Assembly (NCBI GenBank): GCA_022703585.1
Contig: JAKLDJ010000001.1
Location: 118,891 to 182,890 of the forward strand
DNA length: 64,000 bases
Source: Candidatus Omnitrophota bacterium
GTDB taxonomy: Bacteria > Omnitrophota > Gorgyraeia > Zapsychrales > JAKLDJ01
Reading direction: 5' to 3'
Shown here: piece by piece, positions 37,574 to 50,100 of the stretch
Layout of the letters: the number at the start of each line of letters is the position of its first letter
Position numbering within the stretch: position 1 is the stretch's first letter
Program-made: the position numbers and the translations under genes
Notes under the pieces: generated by a model
What the model was told of the DNA's origin: nothing
Database searches by the model: none
The model's input: only the letters and a program-made list of their open reading frames with translations

Positions 37574-40000
37574 TTAGCCCAAAACGGCTTTAATTTTATG
37601 AGTTTTTCCGTCCGCGAAAGGAGTAACGAGGTTGCCTTCTATTTTTTGACCATCAACAAAAAGTTCCTTAACCCCGCGCTCAACACCCTTGGGATTAAGA
37701 ATCTCGATTTCGTAAATATCGTTTCTAAACGGCCTTTTGATAAAACATTTTTTCCACTTTTTAGGGATACACGGATCAATCCGCAAGCCTTCAAAATCGC
37801 GCCGGGCACCCAGGACCCATTCGGTCGCGGCCATAAAGGTCCAACCGGCGGTTCCGGTAATCCAGGTAAAGGCCCCTTCGCCGTAACGGTAAGGATTTTC
37901 GGGCCCGACTAAATATTCGGCATAAACATAAGGCTCGGTCTTGTAAAGGTCCATATCCTTTTGCGCGTTGGGCATGATTTTTCGCATGGCCTCATAGGCC
38001 TTGTCCCCGCGGCCGGCCAGGCAGTAGGCCACCGCCATGAATGTCGCCGCGTGGCAAAAGGCGGCGGCGTTCTCCTTCGTGCCTTCAGAGAACATGCTGA
38101 TACGCCCCAAACGTTTGACCCAGGAAGAATAGGCAGGGTAAAACAAGGTAATGCCGTGCGGGCCGTTTAGATATTTGTCAACGGAATCAAGGACATGGTT
38201 GAGTCTCTCGTCTCGTGCCACTCCTCCTAAAACCGCCCAAGCCTGGGAATTGATATAAATCCGGCGCCCTTCTTTGTCGTTCTTGCTTCCGTAAACCACG
38301 TCGTCATCGTCAAAGCCGCGGACATACCATGACCCGTCCCAGCAAAGCGAATTAACCCGCTCGTCCATGGTCTTGGCCATTTGCAGGTAATTGTTTTTCT
38401 TGTTTTCATCGCCGGTTAAAGCGCACAAGTCCGCCAGCATCTTTAAAGACCGCACCAAAGCCTGCGCCAGCCAGACGCTCTGGCCTTTATGTTTTATCCC
38501 GGCTGAATCAATGGCATCGTTCCAGTCGGCATGGCCGATTTTTGGCAGCCCTTTGTCGCCGACATCATTAAAACAAAAGTTTAAATTTTTCTCCAGGTGT
38601 TCTAACAGCGTCCCTTCGCCATCCACTTGAGCGCTATTTTTCCAGTTAGGATCAATTTCCCAGCCACCCAGCCATTGGTCCTTGAGGTAGGGCACGTATT
38701 CCGAAAGAATGCTTTTATCACCGGTTTCCTTTATATAGGCGCTAACGGTTGAAGTCAGCCAGATCTGGTGGTCTTTGTTGGGCCGGTGCTTGTTGGGCCC
38801 GACTGTGTCCGACCAACCCGGGGCCGAGGTGCCGTCCCTGCGGATGAGCGAAGCAAGCTTTAAAATCTTTTTGCGGGTCAGCTGCGGATTAATCGAAACT
38901 ACCCCTTCCGAGTCCTGACAGGAATCGCGGTAACCGCGCCCGCCCGAGCCCTCATGATAAAAACTTGGGGATCGTGACCAGAAATTACAAATGTACATCT
39001 GGTATTTGACCCAGACATTCATCATGGTGTTAAAATCCTTGTCCGGGGTTTCGACAACAATGTTTTTAACAATGCGTTCCCGCCAGATTTTCTTGGTATT
39101 TTCGAGTTCCTTCTTGGCCGCGGCGACCTTTCGGTACTTGGCAAGAATTTTAGTGATGGCCGGGATGCCGGTGGTTTGGCCCAAGATAACGGTAAATTCT
39201 TTTGTCTGGTGAGGCGCAAGAGTTATATTATTCTTAAAAGCACCGATGGCATCTTCGCCGGAGCAAAGCGGAAAGTTTTTGAATTTCCCTTCAAGGACAG
39301 CCTCGGGATTTTCTTCAGTGTTATAACGGCCTAAGAATGCGTCTTTTTGAGTGCAGCAGCCCGACACAGATAACGATGTCGCAAAGAATCCTAAGGTGTC
39401 AAAGGGCTGAATATTCATCCCCTGCCACTGGGCGGTCTTTTTGGCAAACACAGCCTTGTGGGATTTATCGAACCAGATGCGATTATAAAGATTCATGATG
39501 TTGCGGTAGCGCAACTCCTCATGATAATCGCCCATTAAAAATTCTACATAAGGATAAATTTCAAGCTTGCGGGTTTTGGTCGTTTTATTGGTGAGCTTGA
39601 CCAGCCAGACTTCGCAATCATCGTGCTCGGGGACAAAATAGGTAATTTCGGATTGGATTCCGCTATTAACCGACTCAATAACCGTGTAGCCAAGCCCGTG
39701 GCGGCACGCATAGGATTGCGGTTTCACACGCAAAGGCTGAAAGGTTGCCGACCAAGCTTTATTGGTTTTTGCGTCGCGGATAAGAATGTATTTGCCCGGG
39801 CGGTCAAAATGCCAATTCTCCGGCGACCAGCGGGTAATACGGTTGGTGCGGCAGTCTTTGTAAAAACTGTATCCCCCCGCGGTCTGAGAAACAATCGAGC
39901 AATAGGTTTCGTTGGTTAGATAATTAATCCAAGGGCGAGGAGTCACGGGATTGGTAATGACGTATTCCAATCCGTCGGGAGAAAAGTGGCCGTAATTCAT
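37574..40000 (-). CDS. glycoside hydrolase family 94-like glycan phosphorylase (cellobiose/cellodextrin/chitobiose phosphorylase family)
   Basis: 808 aa. The N-terminus (MNYGHFSPDGLEYVITNPVTPRPWINYLTNE) and the central (alpha/alpha)6 barrel are collinear with GH94 phosphorylases. Confidence 0.8.
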   Translation of the reverse strand: MNYGHFSPDGLEYVITNPVTPRPWINYLTNETYCSIVSQTAGGYSFYKDCRTNRITRWSPENWHFDRPGKYILIRDAKTNKAWSATFQPLRVKPQSYACRHGLGYTVIESVNSGIQSEITYFVPEHDDCEVWLVKLTNKTTKTRKLEIYPYVEFLMGDYHEELRYRNIMNLYNRIWFDKSHKAVFAKKTAQWQGMNIQPFDTLGFFATSLSVSGCCTQKDAFLGRYNTEENPEAVLEGKFKNFPLCSGEDAIGAFKNNITLAPHQTKEFTVILGQTTGIPAITKILAKYRKVAAAKKELENTKKIWRERIVKNIVVETPDKDFNTMMNVWVKYQMYICNFWSRSPSFYHEGSGGRGYRDSCQDSEGVVSINPQLTRKKILKLASLIRRDGTSAPGWSDTVGPNKHRPNKDHQIWLTSTVSAYIKETGDKSILSEYVPYLKDQWLGGWEIDPNWKNSAQVDGEGTLLEHLEKNLNFCFNDVGDKGLPKIGHADWNDAIDSAGIKHKGQSVWLAQALVRSLKMLADLCALTGDENKKNNYLQMAKTMDERVNSLCWDGSWYVRGFDDDDVVYGSKNDKEGRRIYINSQAWAVLGGVARDERLNHVLDSVDKYLNGPHGITLFYPAYSSWVKRLGRISMFSEGTKENAAAFCHAATFMAVAYCLAGRGDKAYEAMRKIMPNAQKDMDLYKTEPYVYAEYLVGPENPYRYGEGAFTWITGTAGWTFMAATEWVLGARRDFEGLRIDPCIPKKWKKCFIKRPFRNDIYEIEILNPKGVERGVKELFVDGQKIEGNLVTPFADGKTHKIKAVLG

Positions 40001-40152
40001 TGAAGGACCTCAAAATTGATCGGGCTGTTATTGTTGAGTTGGTAATTTTTAGAGGCGCGGCAAAACGCGGCTAAAAAATTATAGAAAACTCTACCATGGG
40101 GCAAATTTGCGGTCAAGGAAAAATTACGGGAAATTATAAAGGATAAACGGTT

Positions 40153-40186
40153 GGGGGCTTGGCGGCCATCCGGCCGCCAAGCCCCC
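40153..40186 (-). terminator. perfect 15-bp hairpin (GGGGGCTTGGCGGCC atcc GGCCGCCAAGCCCCC), likely the terminator of the giant-gene/PilZ transcription unit
   Basis: An exact inverted repeat 36 nt after the stop of the second PilZ gene, with A/T-rich flanks on both sides. Translating it is also what creates the two mirror-image 'MGAWRP' ORFs in the track. Confidence 0.6.
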
Positions 40187-40221
40187 ATGAAATTTTCCCA
40201 ACAAAAACAGTTTAACCTAAC

Positions 40222-40551
40222 CTACTGGCAAAACTTAAAAATCCTCTGGGTGTCCATAAAATCAACTTTGTCAAACTTCATGCCCACATCCCATGTTTGC
40301 GGGTTGGCGGGCCGGCTCCAAGCCACACGTCCGCTTAAATTCAGCGGTTCATGACCGTCGGGAAGCTCCACCAGCAAATCAATCTTGTCGTTTAAGAGAA
40401 ATCTCTCCTTAGTGGAGACTTTCGCGCCTGTCGCGGAGACATCTCTTAAGAAAACATTGGTACCGAAATCTGCCCGTTCGTCTTTAAACTTGACCGGGAA
40501 CCTAGCCATGAAACGATCGAAGACACGGCGATCATCAATGCCGATAACCAT
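40222..40551 (-). CDS. PilZ domain protein (c-di-GMP receptor)
   Basis: 109 aa with the RxxxR motif (RRVFDRF) and DxSxxG motif (DVSATGAKV). Confidence 0.75.
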   Translation of the reverse strand: MVIGIDDRRVFDRFMARFPVKFKDERADFGTNVFLRDVSATGAKVSTKERFLLNDKIDLLVELPDGHEPLNLSGRVAWSRPANPQTWDVGMKFDKVDFMDTQRIFKFCQ

Positions 40552-40661
40552 AGGGTTACCCTTTTCTCCGTGGCTGTTCTACTGCCCTTGGGGCAGGTAT
40601 GGCTTTCTCCCGTGGCTTGCTGTCTTCTCTTTACCCTGATAAAAATAAGGGGTAATATTCC

Positions 40662-41036
40662 TTAAAAGGCTTTTTCAATTGCGGAGCACGAACCGCTGGC
40701 GACATCGGCAAACGTCATCCCCACCCGGTAAAAATCCGAACTGGGCAGCTGGCGGACCCATCGCACTTTTCCGACGGCTAAGATCGGCTCGCTGTCGGGT
40801 GTTAACGCCAATTCTATCGGCATCTTGGTATTGACCGGAATAAATTTGGTCGATAAAAATCCCACCCCGCCGCGACTGATGTCTAAAGTCAGACTGCTAT
40901 CGAAAGCGTTACCTTTCTTGCACACAACCGGGACCCGGCAGTCGAACCGGGTCGATTTTCTTTTGTCAGAATCTTGCACTTTGTTCCTCCAATTGAAGTA
41001 TAGCACCATTTTTTCCGAAGAAAGCGTTTTTTTCAA
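40662..41036 (-). CDS. PilZ domain protein (c-di-GMP receptor)
   Basis: 124 aa with RxxxR (KRKSTRF) and DxSxxG (DISRGGVGF). Confidence 0.75.
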   Translation of the reverse strand: MKKTLSSEKMVLYFNWRNKVQDSDKRKSTRFDCRVPVVCKKGNAFDSSLTLDISRGGVGFLSTKFIPVNTKMPIELALTPDSEPILAVGKVRWVRQLPSSDFYRVGMTFADVASGSCSAIEKAF

Positions 41037-41146
41037 CTTTTTTTACAAGGCCTTCTGAAATACGTTCTGAAAACACTTTCTTTTACCCCTTAAACGAGCC
41101 AATTCTGCCAAGAAATAAGTTTCTCTCCGGTATCCGCGGACTCATG

Positions 41147-44100
41147 TTACCCGCATTCCGCCTCTTGCGGAGAAAGTTCCGAATCCGGATTTTCCTTATC
41201 CGGTAATCCCTCCTCTTGAAACAAAACCCCGGCCTTGACCAACGCCCGGCGAAGAGGCTTAAACTTCTCGGTTGAAATAACTTCCTCAAAACGCGCGTTC
41301 AAAACTTGGTCACCCCTGATCATATCCATAACAACCCGCGCTCCGTCGGGAACGATCAAAACACAATCCAATACCACTTTAAGCGCGTCTTCTTGCCGGC
41401 TGCCCTGGCCGCATAACATCGCTCTGGCATGCCGCGGTAAAGCATTCCATTGGCGAATCAATTGATTCAATAGCTGCGACCCTGCGTCAGTATCGCGGAA
41501 ATTGTCGATGGCCTCACCCAGCAAAAGATGATTAAGAAATACCCTCGCGATTGATAAAGTTTTCTCAATAGGCATAAAGGAAATTAATATGACAAGCTCC
41601 TTTAATGCCCTGGGCTTATTGTGCGCAGGCTCTCCTTTTGAATAATAAATCCATAAGTATTGCGCAAATAATATCTGGTATTCGCGGGTCGCCGGCGAAG
41701 AGCTCCTGGCATCAAGAAGCAATGCTTTTCCGGTCCGCTGCTCGATGGCCGTAATTCGTTCCTGCGAATCGGTATGATGGCCAAAACTGCGCCGGGATAT
41801 AGACCTTCCTTCACGCAAACGTTCTTTCAGCCGCTCGACAATAGAATCTTCATCGCTGGATTCATCCTGGCGGGGAAGCAACCGGATTTTTTCTTTTCTT
41901 TCGATATCCATAGCGTGCTTATACAGGGCGTCGTCGGGAAATGGCCCGTTTTGAAGGCCCTGCGGATAATTCGCTTCTCGCCCCAGGGCTTCTTTTCTCA
42001 CGGCCAGCTGATAAATAACCGAATCCCTGTCGGGATAAAGATCAAGGCGGCCGGCCAGAAGCGTAAACCTAAGCTGGCGCCCAAGCGTGTAAATTCTCGC
42101 CGCTAAATTCACTCCCGCCGAACCTTCGTTTTTCATGGCGGCGTTGGTATTGCGCAATCCTTTTTCAAGGCGTTGACGGAGTTCTTCTTTGGTGCGGACT
42201 AACGAACGGCGGCGGCAACCGGGGACAACAAAATCCGACAATCGCTCGATATCCCGCCGCACGTTGTAGAGCCTGCCGTAACCGTCCAGTAATTTGCTTA
42301 AGATAATCCATTCTAAGGGGCCGAGCTTATAGTATTCAACGATTTCATCCAAACAGCATAGCTTCTGACCCACCGGTAAATTCCACCATTCCTTGGTCCT
42401 TAAACGGCAATCCAATCGCGCCAAGGCCTTTTGAATCGGCGCCCGCAGGGCCGTGCCTTCATCCAGCGCTTCATCTATATCGCCGGCGTCTCTTATTCTA
42501 AAGAATGCCATCCTTCGGGAAAATTGCAGGCGCAAGAGTTCGTCTTTGGGATTCTCCTCTACCATTTCGGCCAAGGCGACATCACTGTCGTCAAAGGGAT
42601 CTGCATATAATTTTGTTTCGGGGCCAAATGCCTGGTCCATACCATTCAGGGTTGCCTTGATGGCTACCTCAGTGATGGATATGGCCTGCTTACTGATACC
42701 CCAGAGATTACCGACACGTTCCTGACTCCAGGGTTGCCCGTCTTTTGTGCCTATGCCATGGCGCAGACCAACGATCAATCTCCTCCGAGGATCTTCTAAA
42801 GAGGCGATATGCCGGCGGGCAAGTTTGATTTTTCCGTTGACCTCTTGTTCCCTGTCCAATCTTTCTTCCGCATCCTCAAAGGTACGCTGAGGGATACATT
42901 CTCCTTCTTCCCGGTCATCATTCGAACCGCGCTTAGCGTCTAAAGAAACGACGGCTGTTTCCTTTTCCGCCTTACTTTTTCCGTTGTAATGTATTTTATT
43001 TCGATATTGAGAGATCTCACCTTTCATCCACCATTCCCAATAAGTCAAAAGTCCGTTTTCGAAACTTAAGTCAAATTTGCCTAATGCCCCGAGAAGGGCC
43101 AGGCGCCCGATAGCCTTCATCTCAACCCTGGAGATGCCTGCCCGCAGCAAGTCGGACCCATGCCGATTAAACATCTCCCCCACAAATCCTATATTATTTT
43201 TAACAATATAATCGCATATACGCCCCCGAAGGTTATTGTCTCCCAGCTGAAAAGCCCAAATGAGAATCCGCTCCTCGCTGCGGGAAAGATAGCAGCCCGG
43301 CTTAACCGGCCGGGCCATGATGCGCCTGGCCCTGGCGATGGCCTCGTCTTTGGGGCTTCCCTTGACCATCCCCACCATCACAATCGGCAAAAACATCAGC
43401 GGCCCGGCCTCGACGAAGGCCATGAAAATGGCCGAGGCGGGCCCGAGGGCAGAGGGAACAAAACATCCTAAATTCTGATCCTTCAGCTGGGCTTCCTGAT
43501 CTTTAGGCCGCTGCACCATCATGAAGGAGTACTCTCTCGAAATAAATATTCCCGGCCAGGTGGCGGCTTTTTTCATCTCCCCAAGCTCAAAACCGTTCAT
43601 TGCCAAAACGTTCAATGGAAAATCAATTTCGTCCCCTAAGAGAAAACCTTGCTTCCCAAATGATTGAGCAATCTTATTAGCCATCTTTCCAAAAACGCAA
43701 TCAGGCGCGATAGCAGAAAAAAAGTTCACAGAGTAACCCATGGAAATAATAAATCCTCTAACAATATTTTCGGGTATTTGCGAATCTTCGAACCCGAAGG
43801 GAATTAGTTGAAGATTATCTTTATTTCCGGGGCTCTTGGCTTCAAGGGTCGAAAACGCGGCGTCCATAATTTCTTTGCAGTAATACGACAAGGCTTGGGG
43901 TGAAAAAACCGGGTCAAAGGCGATCACACGCACCCCACGGCTGGCCAGTTCTATCTCGACAAAAAGATTGTCACCAGAACCGATTGACATGACCATATCG
44001 CCCTCCCTGATGGGAAGCTGGTCAACGATAGCCTTCGCGGTCGCAAAAAACGGTCCGTTGAGATCTTTGAGCGCCGCTAAAACCTCTCTCTTTCTTTCCG

Positions 44101-47100
44101 CAATACCTCGCTGCTGGGGCGAATAGGAAAAAATGTCACCTTCGAAGAAAGACCCCCGTCCCCGCATCATCCCCGCCACCGGCAACAACATCAGCGGCCC
44201 GAGGGCGAAGGGCAGCAGGAAGCCGTAGAGATCGTCTTCATCATCGTCATTCGATGAGGCCTCGGAATCAGTTGCCTCTGCCTCTTGCACATCTTCTCCG
44301 TGTTTTTTAACATCATCCCAATAAATTCTCTGCTCCATATTTCCCTTGCGTAACTTAAAATTATGAAACGTCTGCGCATTAATCAATCGGGCCTCTTGGT
44401 AACTGACAGCAATCGCCGAATCAGAACCCTTTTCTTGGATAACCGCGCTGGGGAAAAGCGCGCGCACATAAGAAATAAAATCTTGGTTATCCTGATCCTT
44501 ATTGACGAATACGGCTATTCTTGCCTTCTCAATCTTAAAATCTTTTAATTTCTCAACAACGCCGTCAAAATCCTGCCTTTCCTGGCCCGCCCTGATCCTT
44601 TGGATAACCAGATCTTGCGCATAATCTTCTTCCTCCCACTCGCCGCGCACGGCAACGACGATATCGCTTCCTAAATTCTCCGAAAGGATAATACTGTTAT
44701 CGCGAAAACTTGTACCGATTCTTAATAGAATATTGCTTCCTACATAATAAAGAGTTTTGCCCTTCCATTCTGACGTCCAGCCATCATCGATAGAATACCC
44801 GGCACCTGGAGCGACCACATTAACTCGGGAATATCTTCCTTTCTTCTCCTCAATTTTATGTTTTTTAACCGACTTTGAGCCGCCTTGATTCACAGCCCCA
44901 AAGAAAGCAACAACAAAATCAAGAAAATCTGCCAATCGTAAGGCCCGTATGGCATCGGATTTTCTTTTCTTTAATCCTGACCGTTCTGAAGAATATATCT
45001 GAACGAGTCTTTCTGTTTCTTCAACTGCATGTTTTTGAAACTCCAAGGCACGTACTTCTTCGCGAAGCCTTTCCCTTGTTGATCCGAGCTCTTCCTTTCT
45101 TCTCTCGCGTTCTTCATCGTCGGGATCATTACTGTTTACCCCGTTCCGTAAGCGACGAAACTCCTCATCCGCTTCTTCTATCTGTTGCATTTTTATCGCG
45201 ATCTTTCTTTCATATTCTTTTAATTGCTTTCTAAGAAAAGAGGGGCTGGAAGCAATCCTCAATCTATGCCTGATCGTTTCCATGCGTTTTGCGGTCGCTT
45301 CATGCTCCTTTTCTTTTCCCTTGGGAACATTGTAGCGGTACTTTTCATATTGCTTATCTAATGCAGTATAAAGGTCGCTTAATCTCTTAAGAAGGGTAAC
45401 ATTTCTCGAATCATATTCATCCGCCCACCGGATAACATCTTCGCTCTCAAAATCGGCGATGATACAGAAGTCCGGATCGCCCACGAAACCACTCATTCTC
45501 GTAATCCGCGCATGCATTTTCTTAAAGATGACCGGGATCGCGATCGTAACCGCCCGCTGGAGTTGCGCGCGAGTGAGCCGTCTAAATTCTTTGCGTACCT
45601 CCTGAACTTTTTCCGCGAAACCGTCTCGATCTTCATCACCCCTTAAATGCTGTTCATCCGTTAATAGAACAATGGCCTTCAGCATGTCAGTTTCTTGCTC
45701 AGAAAATTTCATGTTAGGCAATATTTTATTCCCAGAACGCCATCTTATCTGGCCGGAAAGACTGGGGATTATCGAGCAGATCGAAGCGAAGAAAAGCAGA
45801 TACCCGTCTTCTTCCTTAACCCGCCCATGTTTAATATCTTCCGTGAATCTAAAGACCGTTGTCATGGCTAAATCCAACTTTGAGAAAACATTAACGCGCC
45901 GATGAAAAAATGAATCAGACTCTTCTCTGTGCAGGGGGCTGAGTTCGTGAATCACAAAAGACAATAAACCACACCCTTTAAGGATATCGACCGCTTCCAC
46001 CAACCGTATCTTTGAATCCTTTTTCGTCCCACCCTTAACAAGCCGCTTAAAGAATTTGAGAAATTCATCGCTTCGGGCCACCCGGGCTTTTGTTCTGGTG
46101 GATAGACGATGGACGTAGGTCATGGCCTCGATATAATCCTCATCTTCCCTGAATCTTCTTTCAAGCATATTCACCACTTCCGAGGCTTCGCAATCCATGA
46201 CCCTGGCGTGTCTATCGCAGGGAAAATTGAACCGGTAACTGTATTCATTTCTCAATATCTGTAGCGTCCGATTTTCTCTTAATCTTTTTTTGATCTCTTC
46301 TAAACCAAGACTATTGCGCTCATTCACAAAGTCAATAAGCGGGGTATAAACATAATTGTAATAGCCCTCTAATAACCCGGCCGCGCCGGTTTGATAATGC
46401 AAGGTTTGCAGGGCCACTTCGATTTCCAAAATTAACCGGATCATTTCCGGCGTGCCGGCGCTATCCAATGATTCAATCTCGTCCGCAGCCGCCAGAATAG
46501 CACGTTTGGCCTCGTACTCGATTCTTTGAACATACATTAATTCTTTAACGATGGCAGTCACCGTCTTGGTATTTAAGAAAACGCGTCTTTTATAGGCATA
46601 GGAAGGAATCGGCTCTTCAAAGGCAAGCGCAAGAGAAACATGGATATCTTTTTTTGTTGCCGTCGGGGATAATTGATAATCAATCTCTTGAATAACGGTC
46701 CGTCCTTGAGCAACCTGGTTGACACCATTACGGTCCCGGTCAGCCGCTTCGCCGCCCCGCCAGCCATAATGCATAATGGCGGTCGTCACCGCGCGTGTCG
46801 TATAGCGGGCATCGGAATGGTCGTTTTCACGAGTCCCGCGGTATCCGGTATCAAGAACGGAAAAGCGCGGGACAATAAACCCGTTAGAAAGAATGGATAA
46901 ATGGGGGGCGATTATTTCATCCTCGCCGTGAAGGGCTAAATTCATGTCATCCAGTATCGCTTCTAGTTTTTCCTGCGATATTTCCAGATCAAATTCTTCG
47001 AGGTATTCTTTTAATTCACCAACCAAAAGAGGCTCCGTCAATTCTTCCATGTGCAGCCCCTCAAGCTTCTCCGACAAAGGAACAAGCCGGTGCCCGGTGA

Positions 47101-50100
47101 CCCTTTTTTCAAAAAGCTTTACCATATCCGAATAACTGCTTAAGATACGGTTAAAGTGATGGTCGAGAAATGCCCTCGCCAGCGCCTCGGCATTAAGGAT
47201 TAATCTTCCTTCCCCGACCAATTCTTTCATGAACGACCGATCAGTCAACAATACCCTGATAGCCCGCATATCCCCCTGATTGGCTTTACGTATTACAAAA
47301 CCCCTGTATTGCCTTAAATCTTTTATCGCATCGCTAACCTGAGAAGGAATTCTGTAATAGAAATTATCCAGTGCCTTGGAATGCATCTTGAGGGCAACAA
47401 CAAATAATTCTTCCCGCTCTTTTCTGTCCCGCGACTCTTCGGCCAATTCTGCCATCAAATCGCCCAAGACCCGTAACGTTTTCCCGTAACTTTCGTAATC
47501 GATCCAGTCGTCATTGGTCTTAAACCATAACCCCTGCTCATCCGACTCAGGGCTTTCTCCGTGCAAAGAACAAAAAGCAAATAATACATTCTTTAATGCC
47601 TTATCCGTCGTAGCCACTTCTATCATCTTGGCCAGGCGCAGCGCATAGAATCTTCTCACTTCTTTATTTTGGATCCCCGCGAATCTTTCTTTATCGTGTC
47701 CGTTATCCAAACATCCTTCTTCATCCAGGGAAGAAAGCTTCTTGTATAAATCCACATCCACTGTTAGCCATAGATAGGTCGCCATATGCGCCATAGCGGC
47801 TTTTATCAGGTCGTCATCGCGGCCCGGTCTTTCCCCTTCCTTACAATCACCTGCCTCTTTCTTTGCGGCTAAACGCTCAATGTGTGCCGTAAGGGGTGTC
47901 GTAATTCTCCGGCGGATAAATTCGATCAATTCCAGATTGCCCTGCATAATTTCGCGCTTTAAAAGAGCTTCTAAATCATGCTCATATTCTGTCCGAAATA
48001 CGCCGTATTCGGTAATGGGATTGTCCAGTCCCTGGCTTAAAAATGCCAGCGCCTTCTTGCCTCCGATTAAAACCATGATTCCCCTTAAGCCACTTTTATA
48101 ACCATAAACCCCCTCGCCCTCGCCTGGCTTTTCGTCCAGATCTTCGTCTCTATTCTCGTCCAGTTTTTCGTCCAGATCTTCATCCTGCCCTTCGTTTTCT
48201 TCTCCGATTTCGCCTTTCTGCTTTGAAGGATCTGACTTTTTATTTTTTGCTTCTGCCTTTGCGGCCATGCGACGCTGTTTCAAAATTTCTTCGGCATTTT
48301 CATGCAACTCAACCAATCGCTCAAAATCATCTTCTGTTAATAAATGACCCAGCGCGGCTTCTATGTTCTTCGTACTATCCCCGCGATTTATCCAGTTTCT
48401 GGTCAGCTGTTTTGAAAGAAGCATGGAAAAAAGAATATCAATCAATTGCCCCCTGTTTTGCCTGGCCAATACGTCCAGAAGAGTAAAATGCGCTTCTTCA
48501 ATATGATAGAATTTATTCGAATCCAGCATATACTCAAGTACCGTCAAAAGCTCTTCATCAGTCATCGATTGCCCGATTTTAAGGGAGAACTGAAGTAATT
48601 TGTAATTCCATTCTTTCTTTAAATGGCCTGCTTTTTCTTCCGGGTACATACAAGAATGATGCCAATCAAGCCATCTTGAGAAATGATTTAGCACCGCCCG
48701 TTCCGGGAATTCTTTTGCGTAGGCAAAAAGGACGTACATTGCCGGTCGGCTCCAGTAATCCAGCCACAGACTCCGGCTCCATGTTTCGCGCGCGTCAATA
48801 AATTCATTTAAAACTTCAATCAAAATACCGTACGCCTGTTCAATATCGCTCTTTGTCCCCGAGGCCAGGACATAGGCCTTGCGTAATTTCGCCACCCTTT
48901 CCGGGAATTCTTCTTTTACCCTGCTCGAACCGGTTCTGTCCTTGCCGGGATAAAAACCCTTATTAATTCTTTCATCCATCTTGACGGTTATGGGATGCCG
49001 CGCGCCTAAAATTCTTTTTAAGGTAAAATATTTAGGCAAAATGCTTCCGGCGCTATCGCTATCATGAAATGGTATAATCAGATCTTCTACGCTTTCTAAC
49101 TCAAAGGTCCGGCCGTCTTCTTCATAATAACGCCCCGCCATATCAAACAGCTGGTTGGCGATCAATTTGCTCATCAGGCGCAGGGCATCTTTGGGATCAA
49201 ATTCTTTTATCTGAGGCGGGACAATCACCAACCCGTCGCTGCCCCCGGGCATAATGAATAAACCGCTTTCATCCGCCAGGGCAATGACAATACTGCCGCA
49301 TTTCTTTTCTCTTTCCCTAAGCCCCCGGTAAAATACCCCTTGATGATCAATATTCAAACAGTCATTACTTCCGCCTTGAATCGCATACTCGATATCGCTT
49401 TGTTTCATTTTAAAAAATTCAAAAATCCTCTCGTCGACATACACGTATATATTTCCCAGCTCCTTGATAACCTCATGATCATCATCTTTTTTATTGAGCT
49501 TTATTTTCCTCGCCCTTTTTAATGCCTCTTCTTTAATCTTTCTTCTATCCATAATACCGTCGCGCATGACATAGCCGGAGGTTGATTCAATAAGCGGAAC
49601 CGGTTTCTCGCGGTCATCGTCTGAAAGCACCGCGGTAATAAATTGAAGCAGGCCGCTTTGCTCAAACCGTGAAAACGATTCTTCAGTATAAAAATACACA
49701 TAATATCCGTCCCGGCCGATACGCTCAAAGTCATAACCCTGCCCTTGCGCCAAAATCTGATGAATATCCCTCGGCCCCCTTAATTCACAGACCCTGACAG
49801 CTTTCTGGTTATAGTCAAAGGCATCTTTCAACGCATAGGCGAGCTCGTCGGGGTGAGCAAATGATTGATTAAACCGTTTACCTTCCACGTAGATCTTGGC
49901 AGCATGAACAAGCCTGCGCCAACTCCATTCGTTTAAGGTGTCTAAACAGTTGGAACCTTCCAGGTCGCAAATCTTAAATTTTTCTCTCACTTCGCTTAAC
50001 GGCCTGATGCGCCTGCCTGTAGTGTTGTACCCGTAGAAATAAATAAGCGCCATCGCCTTATACAAGCTTCCGGGTGTTTTCACCTGCCAGCCCGATTCGT

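Noticed and set aside
37493-37912. 139-aa plus-strand ORF overlapping the 3' end of the GH94 gene
   Set aside because: It begins inside the 14-bp palindromic hairpin and runs antisense to a well-supported GH94 coding region; it is Gly/Arg/Pro-rich from GC-rich antisense codons
39997-40354. Two ORFs on opposite strands (39997..40188 - and 40151..40354 +) both beginning MGAWRP.GRQAP
   Set aside because: They are created by translating the two arms of the perfect 15-bp palindrome at 40153-40186. They have no RBS and a mirror-image origin, so they are treated as artefacts of a terminator hairpin
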